Of a stretch of 64,000 nt of DNA, positions 60,801-64,000 are shown piece after piece (positions within the stretch are counted from its first letter, which is position 1; every line of letters begins with the position of its first letter). The notes below the pieces were generated by a model. The model was not told the DNA's origin, did not search any database, and saw only the letters and a list, made by a program, of their open reading frames with translations. Where the stretch lies: contig CM119382.1 in NCBI GenBank assembly GCA_051294905.1, positions 8,556,001 to 8,620,000 of the forward strand, in the 5' to 3' direction. The position numbers and the translations under genes are program-made. Source of the DNA: Botryllus schlosseri. Taxonomy: Eukaryota.

Positions 60801-63008
60801 TGGCGATTTGTGCTGTCTGATTATCATTGATCCTATTAATAGTACATGTAGAAAATAGGAGGAATTGAGCGTGCTTGTAAATAGAGGTCAAAGTAGTCGT
60901 CATTGGTACTCAAGCACGATTAGGAGTAGTGATTTCCGAGTAGGTGGACACTGGACATGTAAGTAAGTATTCTGGGCTTAGTTTTGCGTAAAAAGACTCG
61001 AAACTGTTGAGTACAAGTGGAAGTAGTCTTAAGCCATTATAACCCGAGTAAGTAGTGAAGGTAGGTGAAATCTACTTGAGTACTTTACTGAACTGACTCT
61101 GGTCGCTACTGTTACTGTTGCGGTCATGGGTTGTTGACCTTGGCAAATTCCCGTTACAGGTTTCAGTTACCTCACGAAACGACTGTCGCAACTGGCTGAC
61201 GGGAAGCTCGTTATGGTTCTGGAAGGCGGTTTCGAACTGAAGTCTCTTTGCGACTGCGTCGAAATCAGTGTCCGAACGCTGCTAGCAGACCGTCAGGAGC
61301 AGGACGTTTCTGTGGCGGACCTGCCCGAATCTTCCCTAAACCGGGCCCCGTGTGAAAACGCGGTCCGATCCATCAACAGAATCTCGCGATACCAAGGTGG
61401 GCAACAATGTTTTTACTGTTTTTCTGAATTCTCTACTAGTAGCTGATGATTGCCCCCGATGAATGTCAGCCGAAGATATTCAGGTTGTTTCAATATGAAT
61501 TTAAATTCAGATATGGCAATGCTATAGCTTACATTCCTAGTGTATAAGTTATTGGAGTGGTCTCGAACGAAAGCTACTGTAGCACTGATTTTCTGATACG
61601 ATCAATTATATTCCGGTCGGGCACTGTATATTCCCTATAATTGTCCTTAAAAGTCTAAAATCAGCATTGTTCCGAACAATGAAGGCGTCGCAGTACGGTC
61701 GGTTATGATCTATAGTTGAAGTCCATATCCGGTATTGACAGAATTGTTTGAAAGTCGCATAAAAACTGTGAATTATTGGAAATTCTACCCGTAAATCGTA
61801 GTCGTAAATCAGTTCCTAATCTGGCCAACATCTTTAAATCCATTTTTACAAATCCAATTCCATGCTCTTCTCTGGTGGATCGAATAAAGAATTTTTCTCA
61901 ATTTTCTCAGAGAGGTACTGGTGTAAGTTGAAGCGTATGTCGGCTTACATCAACGTGGCACACGCCACATACCTGGACCAGGATCCAGAGGACCGGGCCT
62001 GCGTGGCGATCGCCTCACTTACTGTGGAACACCCGAAGCACACGGACAGCAAAGGTAAGCAGAGACAATTTCGCCAGTGCACTACTATATTGTTATGTAG
62101 CGTTTCATGGCGCTGGAAATTTTTGAACTGAAATGTTTGCTTCGATGCGATGTCACTTGAATGTCAAAGTAGGGTGTTCAAATATTTGATTGGTCTGGTT
62201 GGCTTGAATCTGGAAAATTTGCCTGATTGAAATTAGCATAGTCAGTCATGAGACTATATATAGTCATGGGGTGGTCAAGTCGTTTTTATTAGGGCTGTAA
62301 CCAAGGCACAGGGTTCCAAGTCACCAGTTCATTTGATTTTTATAGTTTTGACTCGAGTCATTTTAATTCACCACGTAGTCAAGTCCTAGTCATAGCGTTA
62401 AGACTCAAGTCCGAGTCAAAGTGTTTACTGTTCAGTATCGAGCTCAAGTCAGGTTTAACTCACTTCGCTAAAACTCTTGGGTGATATCGAAGGCCTCGGA
62501 TTCATAATACACTTATTATTCTCACTCTAAACATGTTTATTCAAACAGATAATGGACAATTTCTGGGCCTATTTTTCAATTAGCGATCCTGATATACGAG
62601 ACTTGAAAAAGTTATATAGAATGTGTCGTGTCATATGACTTTACAATGAGCAGTTTTGCATAACCCGACTTTATGATTCACCCAGCCAAGTTACGGGAAG
62701 CGTCCACCACCAAGGCCCCAAACCGACCGCCTGCCCCGCTCGTGACCGGCCCCGACCACACACGACTCTCGGTCATCGCGGACGACAACGAAGACCCACG
62801 GACGCAGAATCGTGACGAAGCGATGAGCGCGGAGTCCTCGCCACTCGACGTGGTAGGACTGTCCCCGTCTTCCGAGTCTCCGGCCTCGTCGCCCAGCCGC
62901 GCCAGGCCGTTCGTGGCCCGGGACCAGGGTGGTTCGGACAAGCCGGGCGTGTCCAAAGAGGAGCCGATGGAGGACGAGGATTGTGATGTAACGACTGATA
63001 ATACGTAG
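42767..63008 (+). CDS. HDAC4: Class IIa histone deacetylase (HDAC4/5/7/9 orthologue), 20 coding exons, ~1120 aa, degenerate active site
   Basis: Hand-spliced exons: 42726-42859, 46939-47062, 47121-47217, 48455-48570, 48630-48785, 48888-49024, 49738-49842, 51520-51724, 52241-52371, 53067-53413, 54939-55074, 55132-55254, 55705-55954, 56742-56831, 56899-57016, 57394-57607, 58231-58447, 61160-61396, 61911-62054, 62686-63008. All introns are GT-AG and all phases join with no internal stop. HDAC4-like motifs: [108 protein letters not shown]. The start is tentative (in-frame gcaATGg at 42767); upstream exons are unresolved. Confidence 0.95.
46225..46874. mobile_element. Long-TIR foldback MITE (tagggctgttcaaaaa family)
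   Basis: ~110-bp inverted arms; related copies at ~17397-17520, ~30121-30400 and 63440-64000. Confidence 0.8.
46939..47062 (+). CDS. HDAC4: HDAC exon, Gln-rich helix ([10 protein letters not shown]...LNKDKSLE)
   Basis: ctctttag acceptor, a|gtaagc donor, resembles QQLKNKEKGKE. Confidence 0.88.
47121..47217 (+). CDS. HDAC4: HDAC exon, MEF2-binding motif ([19 protein letters not shown])
   Basis: 58-bp intron upstream; matches SAVASTEVKMKLQEFVLNK. Confidence 0.92.
47824..48205. mobile_element. hAT-like MITE in an HDAC intron
   Basis: Ends cagggttgccagatt / aatctggcattccca. Confidence 0.55.
48455..48570 (+). CDS. HDAC4: HDAC exon (...[12 protein letters not shown])
   Basis: tttcag acceptor, g|gtatta donor, matches DDFPLRKT. 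Confidence 0.92.
48630..48785 (+). CDS. HDAC4: HDAC exon, 14-3-3 site and NLS ([16 protein letters not shown]...RRCSPLL)
   Basis: 59-bp intron upstream; matches [25 protein letters not shown]. Confidence 0.95.
48888..49024 (+). CDS. HDAC4: HDAC exon ([15 protein letters not shown])
   Basis: cttgcag acceptor; matches SACSSAPGSGPSSP. Confidence 0.9.
49738..49842 (+). CDS. HDAC4: HDAC exon ([13 protein letters not shown])
   Basis: tcttcag acceptor, tcg|gtaaaa donor; matches YTSPSLPNITLGL. Confidence 0.9.
51520..51724 (+). CDS. HDAC4: HDAC exon (NPNPLL...RARSLP...QQLILQQQF)
   Basis: cccttcag acceptor gives the required phase 0; g|gtgagt donor. Confidence 0.8.
52241..52371 (+). CDS. HDAC4: HDAC exon, 14-3-3 site ([11 protein letters not shown])
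   Basis: ttaatttcag acceptor; matches HRPLGRTQSAP. Confidence 0.92.
53067..53413 (+). CDS. HDAC4: HDAC exon, low-complexity linker
   Basis: cctacag acceptor, cg|gttggt donor, phases fit both neighbours, GC-rich coding-like composition. Confidence 0.82.
54080..54830. repeat. Degenerate intronic tandem array (~130-170 bp units)
   Basis: Recurring atttgatac...cagtgtgtg and tattggatcttgaaattgg motifs. Confidence 0.6.
54939..55074 (+). CDS. HDAC4: HDAC exon with SUMO consensus VKRE
   Basis: ctccag acceptor, agg|gtaaga donor; only one frame is open; equivalent to VKQE. Confidence 0.85.
55132..55254 (+). CDS. HDAC4: HDAC exon, 14-3-3 site ([11 protein letters not shown])
   Basis: 57-bp intron upstream; matches HRPLSRAQSSP. 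Confidence 0.9.
55705..55954 (+). CDS. HDAC4: HDAC catalytic domain exon 1 ([17 protein letters not shown]...HAEHEGR)
   Basis: clear class IIa domain start with structural-zinc Cys/His. Confidence 0.97.
56742..56831 (+). CDS. HDAC4: HDAC catalytic exon ([16 protein letters not shown])
   Basis: motif match; an alternative in-frame acceptor at 56751 is possible. Confidence 0.95.
56899..57016 (+). CDS. HDAC4: HDAC catalytic exon ([17 protein letters not shown])
   Basis: motif match; His-His dyad intact. Confidence 0.97.
57394..57607 (+). CDS. HDAC4: HDAC catalytic exon (AFCYFNS...[12 protein letters not shown]...[11 protein letters not shown])
   Basis: motif match; gag|gtaacg donor. Confidence 0.97.
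58231..58447 (+). CDS. HDAC4: HDAC catalytic exon ([11 protein letters not shown]...[12 protein letters not shown])
   Basis: motif match; the Asp of SAGFDA reads Ser. Confidence 0.97.
58882..58910. repeat. (GT)n microsatellite
   Basis: direct read. Confidence 0.95.
60066..60781. mobile_element. hAT (Charlie-type) MITE, 716 bp, in an HDAC intron
   Basis: TIR cagggctgcccaacc / ggttggccggccctg, perfect TSD tcttatac (60058-60065, 60782-60789). Confidence 0.92.
61160..61396 (+). CDS. HDAC4: HDAC catalytic exon (CFSYLTKRL...LEGGFEL)
   Basis: ttacag acceptor; matches CFGYLTKQL...LEGGHDL. Confidence 0.97.
61911..62054 (+). CDS. HDAC4: HDAC exon with NES-like segment (CVAIASLTV)
   Basis: ttttctcag acceptor, g|gtaagc donor; matches TVTAMASLSV. 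Confidence 0.92.
62291..62530 (+). mobile_element. Partial copy of the GACTCGAGTC MITE family
   Basis: Starts agggctgtaaccaagg, colinear with 27033-27330. Confidence 0.75.
62686..63008 (+). CDS. HDAC4: HDAC terminal exon (...[17 protein letters not shown])
   Basis: cccag acceptor, phase fits, EEPME matches the HDAC4 C-terminus. Confidence 0.88.
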
Positions 63009-63404
63009 CCGTGCGTTGGGGGATACTAAATTACCGCTTGACGGTATTGAAAAGTACGACTTCGCGGGGGCTGACGCAGGTGTGCGGACTGGATTGTGTG
63101 CCCGCAACGTGCGGGACTTGTTTCAACCCCAATTGCTGCCGAAAGTCGGGTCGAACTCAGATGACAGGTCGAGGTTACGTCGTGATTATCACGCCGCAGA
63201 CTACACTAGGGCTGGACGCAATGATTTGAGTGCTCGAATCTGAATAGAGTATTCATTCTGATGCTTCCAGTCGATGCTTCCAGACTCCAGAGAGTACTTG
63301 AGTTATACGCTCCCTGCTACTAAGAGCTATGCTATCTACGAATATCATGGTTTTGAGAGTATTTTCAACCGAGGAAGCCTTGAATCCGTGATGTGTCGTA
63401 TCGC

Positions 63405-63410
63405 AATAAA
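63405..63410 (+). terminator. Candidate polyadenylation signal of the HDAC gene
   Basis: AATAAA ~400 bp after the stop, followed by GT-rich sequence. Confidence 0.5.
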
Positions 63411-63439
63411 TGAAACGTGTGGAGTGCATGGCTAGGTGA

Positions 63440-64000
63440 TAGGGTTGTTCAAAAATATATTTTTTTCCCAGATTCCATGGATTCACTGATTAAATTGTTA
63501 GGTTGCTTAGGAAAAGGCTGCACACCAAATTAAGGTTAATTCCGACCTGCCGTAGCCGCGGCAGAGCCAAATGAAATGTTTAGATTTTTTGTAAACAACA
63601 ACTTTTTTTTCAAATTCACTGTCAACTCCATGAAATTGTTAATTTGCCTAAAAGAACGATGCATAACAATTTTTGCTCACTTCCAACCGGTAGAAGCGAA
63701 GTTATTACAGTTGAAAGTTTTGGACTTGCAAAAATAGCAGTGATGGCGGGTAATTCCAGAATTACTGGATGAAAAACTCAAATTACTTCGCTTCTACGGG
63801 TGGGAATCGCGTCTAATTGCTTCTGTGTCGTTTTTGTAGACAGCTTAACGATTTCGTGGTATTGACGGTAAAATTTGGGAAACAAATTTTCTCATTAATA
63901 CATTGGCTCTGCCGCAACTTCAGCTGGTTGGAATTGAGTCCGACTCTGGTGTGCAGCCTTTTTACAGGCAACCTGACAATTTAATCGGTGAATCCCCGGA
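63440..64000. mobile_element. Copy of the tagggctgttcaaaaa foldback family, right end beyond the window
   Basis: Starts tagggttgttcaaaaa; the inverted arm begins reappearing at ~63930-64000. Confidence 0.75.

Noticed and set aside
62678-63107. Minus-strand ORFs over the last HDAC exon
   Set aside because: Antisense shadows of GC-rich coding sequence
62988-63229. Alternative Cys-rich HDAC C-terminal exon via gat|gtaacg donor and ctgacgcag acceptor
   Set aside because: The acceptor lacks a pyrimidine tract, and the EEPME-stop ending already matches orthologues
63009-63410. miR-1/206 seed site as in the vertebrate HDAC4 3' UTR
   Set aside because: No ACATTCC match seen in the putative 3' UTR

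Overview
Eukaryotic animal genomic DNA: AT-rich, GT-AG introns as short as 57-59 bp, patchy CpG depletion and dense MITEs/SINEs. It is probably a marine invertebrate and possibly an ascidian (inference only). Left 17.7 kb: single-ORF genes, namely an orphan Cys-rich type I membrane protein (-), HAUS1 (+), SMPD4 (+) and an unassigned 450-aa protein (-), plus a short signal-peptide ORF, interleaved with hAT-type elements. 17.7-42.7 kb: no confident gene, many repeats, and a CpG-rich domain (~28.3-41.3 kb) holding six MEF2-consensus sites and several full CRE palindromes. 42.7-63.0 kb: a class IIa histone deacetylase (HDAC4/5/7/9 orthologue), hand-assembled as 20 phase-consistent coding exons (~1120 aa). 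Main finding: this HDAC keeps its MEF2-binding, NLS, 14-3-3, SUMO, structural-zinc and NES modules but has a degenerate active site. The third catalytic-zinc ligand Asp (HDAC4 D934) is Ser, the Tyr/His switch position (H976) is Phe, and two normally invariant glycines are changed. This suggests a pseudo-deacetylase scaffold, possibly under MEF2/CREB feedback control. All protein comparisons are from memory of family motifs; no database search was run.
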